This document shows positions 36,094-45,800 of a stretch of DNA of 57,997 bases, piece after piece. The notes under the pieces were generated by a model. That model did not search any database, was not told the DNA's origin, and worked only from the letters and a program-made list of their open reading frames with translations. Each line of letters begins with the position of its first letter. Within the stretch, counting starts at the first letter, position 1. This stretch comes from an uncultured virus (IMG/VR IMGVR_UViG_3300040960_001631) (lineage: Duplodnaviria > Heunggongvirae > Uroviricota > Caudoviricetes): positions 62,001 to 119,997 of IMG/VR virus record IMGVR_UViG_3300040960_001631. One strand, 5' to 3'. Made by a program: the position numbers and the translations under genes.

Positions 36094-36910
36094 TTATATA
36101 ATCCTCTATATTAGTCCATTGCATGTCTATAGTATTGTTTAGTTTTGTTAGATCGGCACAAGTAAATTCTTGGTATTGTCCTTTTAAATTTTCTGGCATA
36201 TCAATAAGACTAATTGCTGCATTATATTTGTTTGAAATACAATCTGCAACTGTGTAAAAACTTACAGCACGACCTGTACCTACATTCCAAATACCTGACT
36301 CTTTTACGTCAAACATTTTTTCGTGTACACGACATATATCTTCAACACAAACAAAGTCTCTTAGATAATTTTCTGAATTTCTAAATAGTTCAATATAACC
36401 TTTTTCTTTTGCTTGACTTGTAAATTTAGTAAATGGACTAGCCATACTACCTTTTTGTTCTTCGTTGTATTGTCCATAAACATTAAAATAACGGAATCCT
36501 TGTATTGTAATATCAAATTCATCTTTGTATTGATTTACAAATCTGTCAAACAAATATTTTGACCAAGCATACGGAGATTGTGGTAGTAAAGGGCCATCTT
36601 CTCTAAAGTGTGTAGGCTTATATCCACCATATACACTTGCACTGCTAGCATATTGAAAGTTAACACCAAAGTGCCCACAAGCTTGTAAAAGTCGTGTACT
36701 CATTTCAAGATTTTGTTCTAGTATAAGATCTACATTTGTTTCTGTAGTAGAACTATTTGCACCTAAGTGTACAACCCAGTCATAACCTTCAGGATCGGGA
36801 ATAGCATTAGGAACATAATCCCAACCTTCTACTTCGTGTCCTTGCGACTGTAAATATTGTGCAACATTTGCGCCTATAAATCCTTTGTATCCTGTTACTA
36901 ATATTTTCAT
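36080..36910 (-). CDS. hldD: ADP-L-glycero-D-manno-heptose 6-epimerase (extended SDR)
   Basis: ILVTG.KGFIGANV, HLGA.SSTTE, YASSASVYG, P.SPYAWSK, GFRYFNVYG..E..KGSMAS, RDFV.VED, NVGTG, YQEFTCADLTKL. Confidence 0.9.
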   Translation of the reverse strand: MKILVTGYKGFIGANVAQYLQSQGHEVEGWDYVPNAIPDPEGYDWVVHLGANSSTTETNVDLILEQNLEMSTRLLQACGHFGVNFQYASSASVYGGYKPTHFREDGPLLPQSPYAWSKYLFDRFVNQYKDEFDITIQGFRYFNVYGQYNEEQKGSMASPFTKFTSQAKEKGYIELFRNSENYLRDFVCVEDICRVHEKMFDVKESGIWNVGTGRAVSFYTVADCISNKYNAAISLIDMPENLKGQYQEFTCADLTKLNNTIDMQWTNIEDYINAAN

Positions 36911-38046
36911 TTATTTTTCTCTATAATACTTGTTGTGCTAAATCCCTCTACAGTAGGAATAATTTTTACAGGCACAATGTCATGCCCAACTACTTGTTCT
37001 ACAGTGTAATCTCCACCTTTAACGATCATATCAGGGTTTAGTTTTTTAATTAATTCGTATGGTGTATCTTCATCAAACACAACAACTTCGTCTACCCAAG
37101 ACAATATTTCTAATTGTTCTTTGCGTGTTTGTTCTGTGTTTATAGGACGACTGTCTCCTTTAAGGCGTTTTGTACTAGCATCACTGTTAATACCTACTAC
37201 TAATTTTTCACCTAGTTCATGTGCCTGTTTTAGAAGTGTTAGATGTCCTCTATGCAATATGTCAAATACACCATTTGTAAATATTGTGCGATATTGTAAG
37301 TCTTCAGGCTTAACCACATATGTGCCAGTGTGTTTGACTGATTCTGTTGCACCTTTAACTGCTAGTTTAAGACAGTCTTCATAGTTTTTACCTTGGCTCA
37401 TACCGTAAACAAACGTAGCAAGAAAACAATCACCTGCACCTGTAACATCATTTACTTCTACAGGATCTGTTTCTATAGTATAATATTCGCTGTCTATTTG
37501 TGCTATAGTAGGATCACTAGCAGCAGTAATAATTATATTACCAGTCCAATTTGTAAAACCTAATTCTTCAAACTCTTTGCGATTAGGTTTTACTAACCAA
37601 GCGCCGTCATAACAACTAAAATGACGTTTTGGGTCAACAATAATTTTACAATCATACTTGTTGATATGTTCTATAATTTGTTGTGAATATTCTAGTACAC
37701 CTTTGTTGTAATCGCTTAGTATTACAACATCATAAGCTGAAAAATCTTTTTTGTAAATTTCATTAAGTGCAGTAGTGCCGTCTGTTTTGTAATCTTGATC
37801 TATACGTGTAACATAATGCCCATCGCACAACACACGAGTTTTAACACACTTAGGCGATGATAAATCTAACATTTCTACATCGACTTGCAAATTCATTAGA
37901 TTAAGGTATACAAGGTATGCACCGCCCCATTGTTCCCAACTGTCTTGTTGACTAACAACAGGCACTGGAGCCTCAGGACTCAACCGTGTTGATGTTCCTG
38001 TAATATATTTGTCAATGATAATGTCGCCAATAACTAAGACTTTCAT
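36907..38046 (-). CDS. hldE: Bifunctional heptose-7-phosphate kinase / heptose-1-phosphate nucleotidyltransferase
   Basis: PfkB kinase motifs (GDIIIDKY..G...RLSPEAPVPV, SDYNKG, VDPK, KPNRKE, DVTGAGD) fused to nucleotidyltransferase motifs (FTNGVFDILHRGH, VGINSD.S.KRLKG..RPIN, VKGGDY, GFSTT). Confidence 0.92.
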   Translation of the reverse strand: MKVLVIGDIIIDKYITGTSTRLSPEAPVPVVSQQDSWEQWGGAYLVYLNLMNLQVDVEMLDLSSPKCVKTRVLCDGHYVTRIDQDYKTDGTTALNEIYKKDFSAYDVVILSDYNKGVLEYSQQIIEHINKYDCKIIVDPKRHFSCYDGAWLVKPNRKEFEELGFTNWTGNIIITAASDPTIAQIDSEYYTIETDPVEVNDVTGAGDCFLATFVYGMSQGKNYEDCLKLAVKGATESVKHTGTYVVKPEDLQYRTIFTNGVFDILHRGHLTLLKQAHELGEKLVVGINSDASTKRLKGDSRPINTEQTRKEQLEILSWVDEVVVFDEDTPYELIKKLNPDMIVKGGDYTVEQVVGHDIVPVKIIPTVEGFSTTSIIEKNK

Positions 38047-38052
38047 AAGTTT

Positions 38053-38081
38053 ATTATACTTTATTTTGAATTAAGTGTCAA
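38053..38081 (-). promoter_or_regulatory. Consensus sigma70 (early/middle) promoter of the heptose operon
   Basis: The minus strand reads TTGACA (38081..38076), 17 nt, TATAAT (38058..38053), 6 nt, then the hldE ATG. Confidence 0.8.
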
Positions 38082-38508
38082 GTAAATTAATAGTTTGAAA
38101 CACAGTTTCTAACTTGTTTAGATTAACTTTGCTTTGAAGTGTGTTGCGTAAACCGTGATGTAAAGGTTTTGGCCATTTAGTAAATGAACACCAGGCATAA
38201 CCGTCATGTTCGTTGTTTAACTTAGGTATAAACTCTGTTTCGACAATGCATAGATATGTATGAAAATAAAAAAGATTGTCAGATGAGATAAAACTTTCTA
38301 AAGGGAGTGTTTTTTTAATATCAGGAAGAAACCCTATCTCTTCCTCAATTTCTCTACGTAACCCTTCCCATGGAGTTTCGGTCCCTTCATTGGTTCCGCC
38401 TACAAGTCCCCATAAATTGGCACGTTTGCCTTGTGTTCTATGTAGAAATAAAAATCTGTTTGTATCTAGTGTATAAAAAAGTGCACCACTACATGTAATC
38501 TTGCTCAT
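38071..38508 (-). CDS. NUDIX hydrolase
   Basis: Nudix box GGTNEGTETPWEGLRREIEEEIG plus LN.EH..YAW. Confidence 0.9.
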   Translation of the reverse strand: MSKITCSGALFYTLDTNRFLFLHRTQGKRANLWGLVGGTNEGTETPWEGLRREIEEEIGFLPDIKKTLPLESFISSDNLFYFHTYLCIVETEFIPKLNNEHDGYAWCSFTKWPKPLHHGLRNTLQSKVNLNKLETVFQTINLLDT

Positions 38509-38516
38509 ACAAGTAA

Positions 38517-39926
38517 TTAGCCTGCTAGATCAATTCTCCATGTACCAATTGGATAATCACCGTCTATACTTAATAACCATTCGCCGTCTTTATAACGATA
38601 CTGAACACTTGTATTTAAATTTGTAGTGTAGGTAATTGTAGAAGTTTCACTTGCATCAAAAACTATGTTCCATTTAGAACCATCCCATTCTATAATATCA
38701 TTTATATCTGCAACTAAATTTGTATTATCTGCATTTTTCCATGCACTAGGACCTTCACCTGTTGTTTTATCACCAACTGCCTCCAATAGCAATAACCGTA
38801 AACCATTTGTTTTTATATCACTAGGATTAAATCCTGTAGGATTAATAATATAATCTATTGTAGTTCTGCCATCTATAATTGTATCAGACGGAAAACTATC
38901 CGTGTCAAAATTAATTTCAATTCTTGTTTCGTCAAACGGATTTATTGCAAAAGTTCCTGTTATTGTATTACTATTTTCTGAGTTAGTTAAGTATATTCTA
39001 CTAACATCTGTTTGGTATGTACTAGGGAATGCTTCAAATATTTCTTGCCAATTTCGTGCACCAATAATACCGTTAGCATACAACTGCGCACTGCCGGAAC
39101 TAAGGTATACTCCGTACTGTCTATAGTTTACATTGGCCATTTCATCTACAACAGCAGTTTGTGCTTTTCTATTGTTATCGTCACCTGCCATTCCAGGTAA
39201 AAAGTCGCTGTATGCATTACTTACTGGACCACTAACTCCATCTTCAATTGTTCCTCTACTTTCATCAAACATACTTGTAATAATATTTGTTATAACACCC
39301 ATTTTCTTAACTTTAGTAGGCGGTGATATATAAATTGGAATAGTAAATGTTAGCGTAGCAATATCAATTTCACTGTCAACGCCAATAGGCACACTTCTAT
39401 TTGACCACTGTACATTTTCTAAGTTAACAACAGTAATGCTGGTCCAATCAATAAAATTATCTGTAGTTTGCATTTCTAAACTAGGATTAAACAGCACAAG
39501 TATTTGTTCTAGTATTTGTAATTTTTGATCTGTATTGCTAGCCCATATATCAGCATTGATACGCATGATATATGGAGTGGGAATTAAACGTTCTACAGTA
39601 TAGTTTTTTCCTTGATAGTTAAGGTATTCTTGATTTTCTTCGTCCCATGCACGTTCTCTAATGTTAACAGATCTTGTATAAGTAGCATCTGTTAATCGAT
39701 CTCTATCTAATTCTAAACCAGTTACATATACTGCTATTCTCGGAGCACTTGGTAATTTGTTTTCTGAGTTTTCTCTAATTATATTTGCAACTTGTCTTGT
39801 TAGATCACCGTAGGTAACTGGAACATCTTTGGTGTTGCCTTTACCGTCTTTAACAGGAAAGTTACTCAAAATGCGCATCATTTGAGTAGTGTATCTTCTT
39901 ATTTGTCCGTCATAAAAATGTAACAT
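38517..39926 (-). CDS. gp15: T4 gp15-like tail terminator/sheath stabilizer with C-terminal extension
   Basis: HFYD.QIRRY, VPVTYG, P.PY, QILEQIL..FNP and TLTFT motifs; position next to neck genes. Confidence 0.75.
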   Translation of the reverse strand: MLHFYDGQIRRYTTQMMRILSNFPVKDGKGNTKDVPVTYGDLTRQVANIIRENSENKLPSAPRIAVYVTGLELDRDRLTDATYTRSVNIRERAWDEENQEYLNYQGKNYTVERLIPTPYIMRINADIWASNTDQKLQILEQILVLFNPSLEMQTTDNFIDWTSITVVNLENVQWSNRSVPIGVDSEIDIATLTFTIPIYISPPTKVKKMGVITNIITSMFDESRGTIEDGVSGPVSNAYSDFLPGMAGDDNNRKAQTAVVDEMANVNYRQYGVYLSSGSAQLYANGIIGARNWQEIFEAFPSTYQTDVSRIYLTNSENSNTITGTFAINPFDETRIEINFDTDSFPSDTIIDGRTTIDYIINPTGFNPSDIKTNGLRLLLLEAVGDKTTGEGPSAWKNADNTNLVADINDIIEWDGSKWNIVFDASETSTITYTTNLNTSVQYRYKDGEWLLSIDGDYPIGTWRIDLAG

Positions 39927-41089
39927 TATGAATTGTCCGCTCTAGGTTTAAGAGCTTTAGAAAGGCTCTGTCTTTCTTCAACAACTTCGCCGTCAATTTC
40001 ATTTGTATTTGTGTTGTTGATAAATTCTGTTTTATATGTTTGACGTTCTAATGTATTGCTTAGTGTCATTCTAATATCATCACTTACTTTGACCCAACGA
40101 GTACCGTCGTATCTAAACATTCTGTTTGGAAGAAAATCAGAACGTAAAAAATAATCTCCTTCTTGATTATCTATCGGGAAAGAAATTCCAAAACCAAACG
40201 GTGCACCATTTGGTGCAACATCTCCTGTACCTACAAGGTATCCTGTATATCCTTCTCTGTCTGGACGATCTGTGATTTCGTCTGCTCGGGTGTTAATATT
40301 TGATGCATCTAATTCTGTTTGATCAGCAGTTCTTAATGCAATACTGCCGTCATCATTTGTTGCAACTGTATAGTAATGACTTATATCGTAACCTGATTTA
40401 GGTGCATCTGCTTCAGCCTGTGCAACTACTGCATTTGATATTTGCATTTCTTTTTCGTATGTACTAAGAATATCTCTTAGTGTAGTATCTGTATCTTCAC
40501 TTGCTGGCAAGTCTAATATTTCTGCGTATTCTTGACCATCATAAATTTGCTTTAATTTTAAGCGATATAAATGCGGATACCAAGTTTGCGAAAATCCTTC
40601 TGCTGCACGATTAACATCCTCTACAACATAAAATCTTTTGAGTGCCATACTATAATCATTAAGAGCGTATTCGTCTTTTAAGTGAGGCAATTCAATAACA
40701 TCACCGCTCATAGGTTTACGTCCTAAAGTTTTAACAATGCTATTAATATGCACAGTCATAAACAATGTATCATTACTTAAAAATAAACCAAATTGACTTA
40801 GATCAAAATCTATATCTTGAACGTTGTAAATACCTCTAGTTGTATAAACATCTGGATCGTATTTTCTATCTCTGTTTTCTAAAAACAATAAATCTTGAAT
40901 ATTAGTTTCTTTTACTACATCGTATTCTGGTTGTGTAGCACTACGATCATCTTCTGATGGATTGTTAGGTCCTAGATATTTGTGTATGTTTACATCAGTA
41001 CCGCCAACCGTAAACATCTCTTGGATCTGTTTGTCCAAAAAGTGATAGTCATTGCCGCGTTCTGGTTTATATAATGATAGTCTTGGCAT
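39926..41089 (-). CDS. gp14: T4 gp14-like neck protein
   Basis: LSQFGL...D......I......GR.PM.GD.I.LP pattern; adjacent to gp13 and gp15. Start placed at the second Met (MPRLS, 41089) because the 41095 ATG overlaps the promoter. Confidence 0.65.
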   Translation of the reverse strand: MPRLSLYKPERGNDYHFLDKQIQEMFTVGGTDVNIHKYLGPNNPSEDDRSATQPEYDVVKETNIQDLLFLENRDRKYDPDVYTTRGIYNVQDIDFDLSQFGLFLSNDTLFMTVHINSIVKTLGRKPMSGDVIELPHLKDEYALNDYSMALKRFYVVEDVNRAAEGFSQTWYPHLYRLKLKQIYDGQEYAEILDLPASEDTDTTLRDILSTYEKEMQISNAVVAQAEADAPKSGYDISHYYTVATNDDGSIALRTADQTELDASNINTRADEITDRPDREGYTGYLVGTGDVAPNGAPFGFGISFPIDNQEGDYFLRSDFLPNRMFRYDGTRWVKVSDDIRMTLSNTLERQTYKTEFINNTNTNEIDGEVVEERQSLSKALKPRADNS

Positions 41090-41094
41090 ATACA

Positions 41095-41116
41095 TATTTA
41101 TCGTAAGCGATAAATA
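41095..41116. promoter_or_regulatory. Back-to-back divergent late promoters forming a palindrome
   Basis: tatttatcg-taag-cgataaata places ATAAATA on both strands, serving gp14 (minus) and gp13 (plus). Confidence 0.75.
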
Positions 41117-41134
41117 CTATACGGAGAAACTTAT

Positions 41135-41893
41135 ATGGCAGATTTAGCAACACAGAAACAAGAAATATTTGACTATGTAAATGCCTTCTTAGGAGGCGGC
41201 ATGGTCGACGTTGAACTCGATCCTATACATTATCAAACTGCATTAACAAAAGCATTAACTCGTTTTAGACAACGTAGCGATAATAGTGTTGAAGAATCGT
41301 ATATGTTTTTAACAACAGAAATTGATCAAAATGATTATGTACTGCCAAACGAAGTTATCGAAGTTCGTAAAATTTTTCGTAGATCAATTGGTTCACGCAC
41401 AGGCGGCGGCGATGGCGGCTCATTGTTTGAACCATTCAATTTAGCATATACAAACACTTATCTACTTTCAAGTTCAAAAATGGGCGGACTAGCAACTTAT
41501 GATTTGTTCTCGCAGCATCAAGAACTTGTCGGACGTATGTTTGGATCATTTATTGAATTTAAATGGAATACAACTAGTAAGAAACTTACTATGCTACAAC
41601 GACCAAGAGCAGAAGAAGAACTATTACTTTATTGCTATAATTATCGTCCTGATTCAGAATTGTTAAATGATTATCTAGCAGTACAGTGGATTAAAGATTA
41701 TACACTTGCAAGTTGTAAGTATATGTTAGGCGAAGCACGTTCAAAGTTTGCTACTATTGCAGGCCCTCAAGGTGGATCAACTCTTAACGGCGACACATTA
41801 AAAGCAGAAGCACAAGCCGAAATGGATAAACTTGAAGCTGAAGTTTCGTTGGCTGTTGCAGGCGGGACAGGATACGGATTTTTAATTGGTTGA
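41135..41893 (+). CDS. gp13: T4 gp13-like neck protein
   Basis: LGG..VDVEL, WIKDYTLA..K..LG..RSKF..I.GP.GG.TLNG..LK.EA..E...LE motifs. Confidence 0.8.
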   Translation: MADLATQKQEIFDYVNAFLGGGMVDVELDPIHYQTALTKALTRFRQRSDNSVEESYMFLTTEIDQNDYVLPNEVIEVRKIFRRSIGSRTGGGDGGSLFEPFNLAYTNTYLLSSSKMGGLATYDLFSQHQELVGRMFGSFIEFKWNTTSKKLTMLQRPRAEEELLLYCYNYRPDSELLNDYLAVQWIKDYTLASCKYMLGEARSKFATIAGPQGGSTLNGDTLKAEAQAEMDKLEAEVSLAVAGGTGYGFLIG

Positions 41894-41917
41894 CAAACTT
41901 TTTTAATCTGCTATAAT
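41890..41917 (+). promoter_or_regulatory. Consensus sigma70 promoter with extended -10
   Basis: TTGACA (41890..41895, containing the gp13 stop), 16 nt, TATAAT (41912..41917) preceded by TGn; SD aggag downstream. Confidence 0.75.
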
Positions 41918-41941
41918 ATATAGAAATAATAGGAGTTCTAT

Positions 41942-42502
41942 ATGTTACCTAAACTACTTGTAGTTGGACATGGCAGACACGGCAAAGACACTGTTTGTGA
42001 ATTATTAGAAAAATACGGCTACACATTTCAATCTAGTTCTAAGTTCTGTTCAGAACTTTTTATATTCAACGATTTAAAAGACAAGTACGGTTATGCAGAT
42101 GAAGAAGAATGTTATGCAGACCGACACAATCATCGTACTGAATGGTACAATATGATTCATGATTATTGTAAAGATGATCTAGCACGTCTTGGGCGTAACT
42201 TGTTTGCACAAAACAATATCTATTGCGGCTTGCGCAACAAGCGAGAATTCTTTGCAATGCAAAACGAAGAAATCTTTGACTATGCTATTTGGGTAGATCG
42301 TACAGATCATTTACCTACAGAAGATCCTAGTTCAATGAGTATTGAACAATGGATGTGTGATTACACTATTGACAACAACGGTGATCTAAAAAGACTAGAA
42401 AAAAACGTTGATGTATTAATTCGTACTATTTTTAGAAATCAGGGAGTAGGTCACCTTGTCGCCAACGCACCCCGTCCTTTTGAATTATTCGCTGACAGTT
42501 AG
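41942..42502 (+). CDS. P-loop deoxynucleoside monophosphate kinase-like protein
   Basis: VVGHGRHGKDT Walker A, G.R...E, IWVDR and D..IDNNG.L..L motifs as in phage dNMP kinases. Confidence 0.7.
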   Translation: MLPKLLVVGHGRHGKDTVCELLEKYGYTFQSSSKFCSELFIFNDLKDKYGYADEEECYADRHNHRTEWYNMIHDYCKDDLARLGRNLFAQNNIYCGLRNKREFFAMQNEEIFDYAIWVDRTDHLPTEDPSSMSIEQWMCDYTIDNNGDLKRLEKNVDVLIRTIFRNQGVGHLVANAPRPFELFADS

Positions 42503-42767
42503 CACATATAGTTTTTAAATTGTTTGGCCGACAATTATTTAAATCGCCGTCAATATGAAACACATTAAATTGTTCTTCATGGCTAGATCTAAATCCACAT
42601 TTTTCACAAACGTTTTTCTTTTCATATCCTCTTTGCTTCCATTTAGGAATGCCATGATTTAAACCATACTTTAAACAAACCTCACATAGTTTGCGGTAGT
42701 ATGTTTTACCATTTTTTTTATAGTTTATAGCGGCAGGACGCTGTCCGCACTTGCATAATGGTCTCAT
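42432..42767 (-). CDS. Zinc-binding HNH-like protein
   Basis: CKC, CEVC, CEKCG, VFHIDGDLNN...NLKTICANC (HNH-type beta-beta-alpha motif); late box GTAAATA 4 nt before the ATG. Confidence 0.7.
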   Translation of the reverse strand: MRPLCKCGQRPAAINYKKNGKTYYRKLCEVCLKYGLNHGIPKWKQRGYEKKNVCEKCGFRSSHEEQFNVFHIDGDLNNCRPNNLKTICANCQRIIQKDGVRWRQGDLLPDF

Positions 42768-42835
42768 ATTGTATTTACCTCACCTTTTTCGTCCCTTTTT
42801 TGAAGCTATATGCGGCATGATTTTCAATATTATTG

Positions 42836-42842
42836 GTAAATA
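42836..42842 (+). promoter_or_regulatory. Late promoter variant (GTAAATA) for tail sheath
   Basis: Intergenic ggtaaatac upstream of SD aggag; the same ggtaaatac occurs on the minus strand at 42771..42779. Confidence 0.6.
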
Positions 42843-42878
42843 CTTGTAGAGAACACTATCCAATAGGAGAATAAGAAA

Positions 42879-45800
42879 ATGGCATTAGTATCACCAGGCG
42901 TAGAAGTCAATGTAATTGACGAATCATTCTACACACCAGGAGCGGCTGCTACAGTCCCTATTATATTTGTTGCAACAACTGCAAACAAAACAAAGGCATC
43001 TGGTAGCGGAGTTGCTCAAGGCACTTTACCTGAGAATGCAGGTAAAGCATATTTAGTAACAAGTCAAAGAGAATTAGGAGACTTATTCGGAGACGCAGTA
43101 TTTGAATCTGATAACAACGGAAACATGATTCACGCAGGCGAACTAAATGAATATGGTCTAAACACAGCATACTCACTTTTAGGTGTAACAAACAGAGCAT
43201 ATGTTGTTAGAGCAGATGTTAACTTATCTGAACTAACTGCAAGTTCAACTGCACCTGGAGGCGAACCAGCAGACGGTGCGTATTGGTTTGATACAGTTAA
43301 TACTGCATTTGGTATTTTAGAATGGAACGGTGAATCTGCAACTACTACTAATGGACAGTCATTTAGTGCTACAACTATTAGAGTAATCACAGAAGCAACT
43401 GATCTTAGCAACGATGTACCAAAAGCAGCAGTAGGATCTGTAGGCGAATATGCAATCGATGTAACATCAGACATGAATCGTTTGTTTTATAAAGCTTCAG
43501 GAAATGCTACAGGCGTAAGTGCAGGCGAATGGGTAGAAGTTGGTAGCGATAAGTGGGCAGCTAGTCATGCAACTGTAAAAGGTACCGTAAGAAATCCAAC
43601 TCTTACAAATGGCGACGAAATGGTTATTAATGGTACAACTGTAACACTAGCAGGCACAACTATTTCAGCTCTAGCAGGAAATATTAACACAGCAGGTATA
43701 ACAGGTGTAAGTGCAGCAGCAGTAGACGGTGTTCTTGAAATTTATGGTGATTCTACAGCAGCTTCAGACGGTGTAACTGCCGACGGTTTAATTGTTATTA
43801 ATGGCGGACAAGGTTCTTTAACAGGGCTAGCTGGTTCAGATAACGGCGGTACAGGTATACAAAATGGCACATATAGTATTCCAAGATTAACTATTGCACC
43901 TCACACAAGTGTTCCTGAATACAAAGCTGTAGATACAGTTCCTGCACCAACTGGTAGTTTGTGGATTAAAACAACTACACCAAATGGCGGCGCAAACTGG
44001 AGAATTAAGCAGTATAGTGATGCAACTCAACTTTGGAACAATATTAGTGCTCCGATGTACACAAGCAACGAAGCAGCACTATTTAATCTAGACAAAGCCG
44101 GCGGTGGCGCAAATTTACTTGCAGGTGATTTGTATATCAAAGCAAATGTAGAAGAAGAAACTCCTACAATTGCAGATTTTAAAATTCATTATAGAGTTTC
44201 AAATGATGCTACTTCAATTGCATCAGCAAAAATTGAAACACAATTAGTTGCTGGTACTTATGATTTTGACATTGCTGAAACAACTGTAAATAGTGCAACT
44301 AGAACAAACAAAACTATTAGCGTAACTATTGCAGGTGGCACTACTGCCGATGCAGACACAATTGCAGGTGCAATTAACGCAGCAGGATTTGCAAATGTAG
44401 TATCGTATGTAAATGCTTCAAACAAAGTAGTAATTGAACACAAAATTGGGGGTGATTTCCGTATTGCAGATACAGACGGATTGCTTACAACAATGGGCTT
44501 TTCACCATTACTAGCAGATGGTAGCAATTCAGCAACTGCAACTGCAAACTTATATGATAATGCTACAGGCGATTCAACACATGATTTTGTTGCATCAAAC
44601 TGGAAGCCATTAACTTATAGTGCTTCTAATACAGAGCCACTAGCATTAACAACATCAGGACAGCGTTGGTATAATTCTACAGTAGACGAAGTTGATATTA
44701 TGATTAACAATGGAACTACATGGGTTGGATACCAAAATTACAATGACGATTATGCTGATACAGACCCAGCAGGTCCAATTGTAAGTGCATCACAGCCAAC
44801 AGAACAATCAGATACTACTCCTTTAGTTGATGGAGATATTTGGATTTCAACAGCAGATCTTGAAAACTTTCCACTAGTATATCGTTATAACGGTACTACT
44901 GAAGAGTTTGTATTGGTTGACAAAACAGATCAAACTACTGAAAACGGTATCTTATTTGCAGATGCACGTTGGAGTACAACAGGAGGTTCTACAGAAGGAC
45001 CATACGAAGCAGGTGATATTGACGAGTTACTAGTAAATGATTACCTAGATCCAGATGCTCCAGATCCAGCACTATATCCAAAAGGTATGATGTTATGGAA
45101 CACACGTAGAAGCGGATTTAATGTTAAGCGTTTTGAGCGTAATTACATTGATGTAGATGGATCAAACGGTCGTTATGAAGTCGACGATCCTAACAGTGCT
45201 GATCCAGATGATGTAATTGACCAGCCAATGGCAGATTACTATCCACATCGTTGGGTTACTGATTCAGGTAACAACGAAGATGGTTCAGGTACATTTGGAC
45301 GTTTTGCACAGCGTAAATCAGTCATACAAGCTCTACAATCATTAGTAAATAGTAACCAAGACATACGTGACGAAGAATCACGTCAGTTTAACTTAATTGC
45401 TTGCCCTGGTTATCCAGAACTAATTGGTGAAATGATCACTTTAAACTATGACAGACGCTTAACAGCATTTGTTGTAGGTGATACACCGGCTAGATTAACA
45501 CCAGACGCTACTTCATTAAATGAATGGGCATCGAATGTTAGAGGCGCACTTGAGGATAATGACATAGGTGCTGTATCAAAAGATGAATATCTAGGAATGT
45601 ATTATCCATGGGGATTCTCAAGTGATAACTTTGGTAACAATGTAGTTGTTCCACCAAGTCATATGGCACTGCGCACACTTGTACTAAATGACCAAGTTGC
45701 ATTCCCCTGGTTTGCACCAGCAGGAACACGACGCGGCGGAGTTACAAATGCTACAAGCTCTGGTTATGTAAATAATGAAGGAGAATTTGTAGGTATAGCT

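Noticed and set aside
42432..42767. Mobile homing endonuclease
   Set aside because: The ORF is short, has no intron or intein context, has its own late-type box, and lacks the usual terminal His of the HNH motif; a resident zinc-binding protein is more likely.
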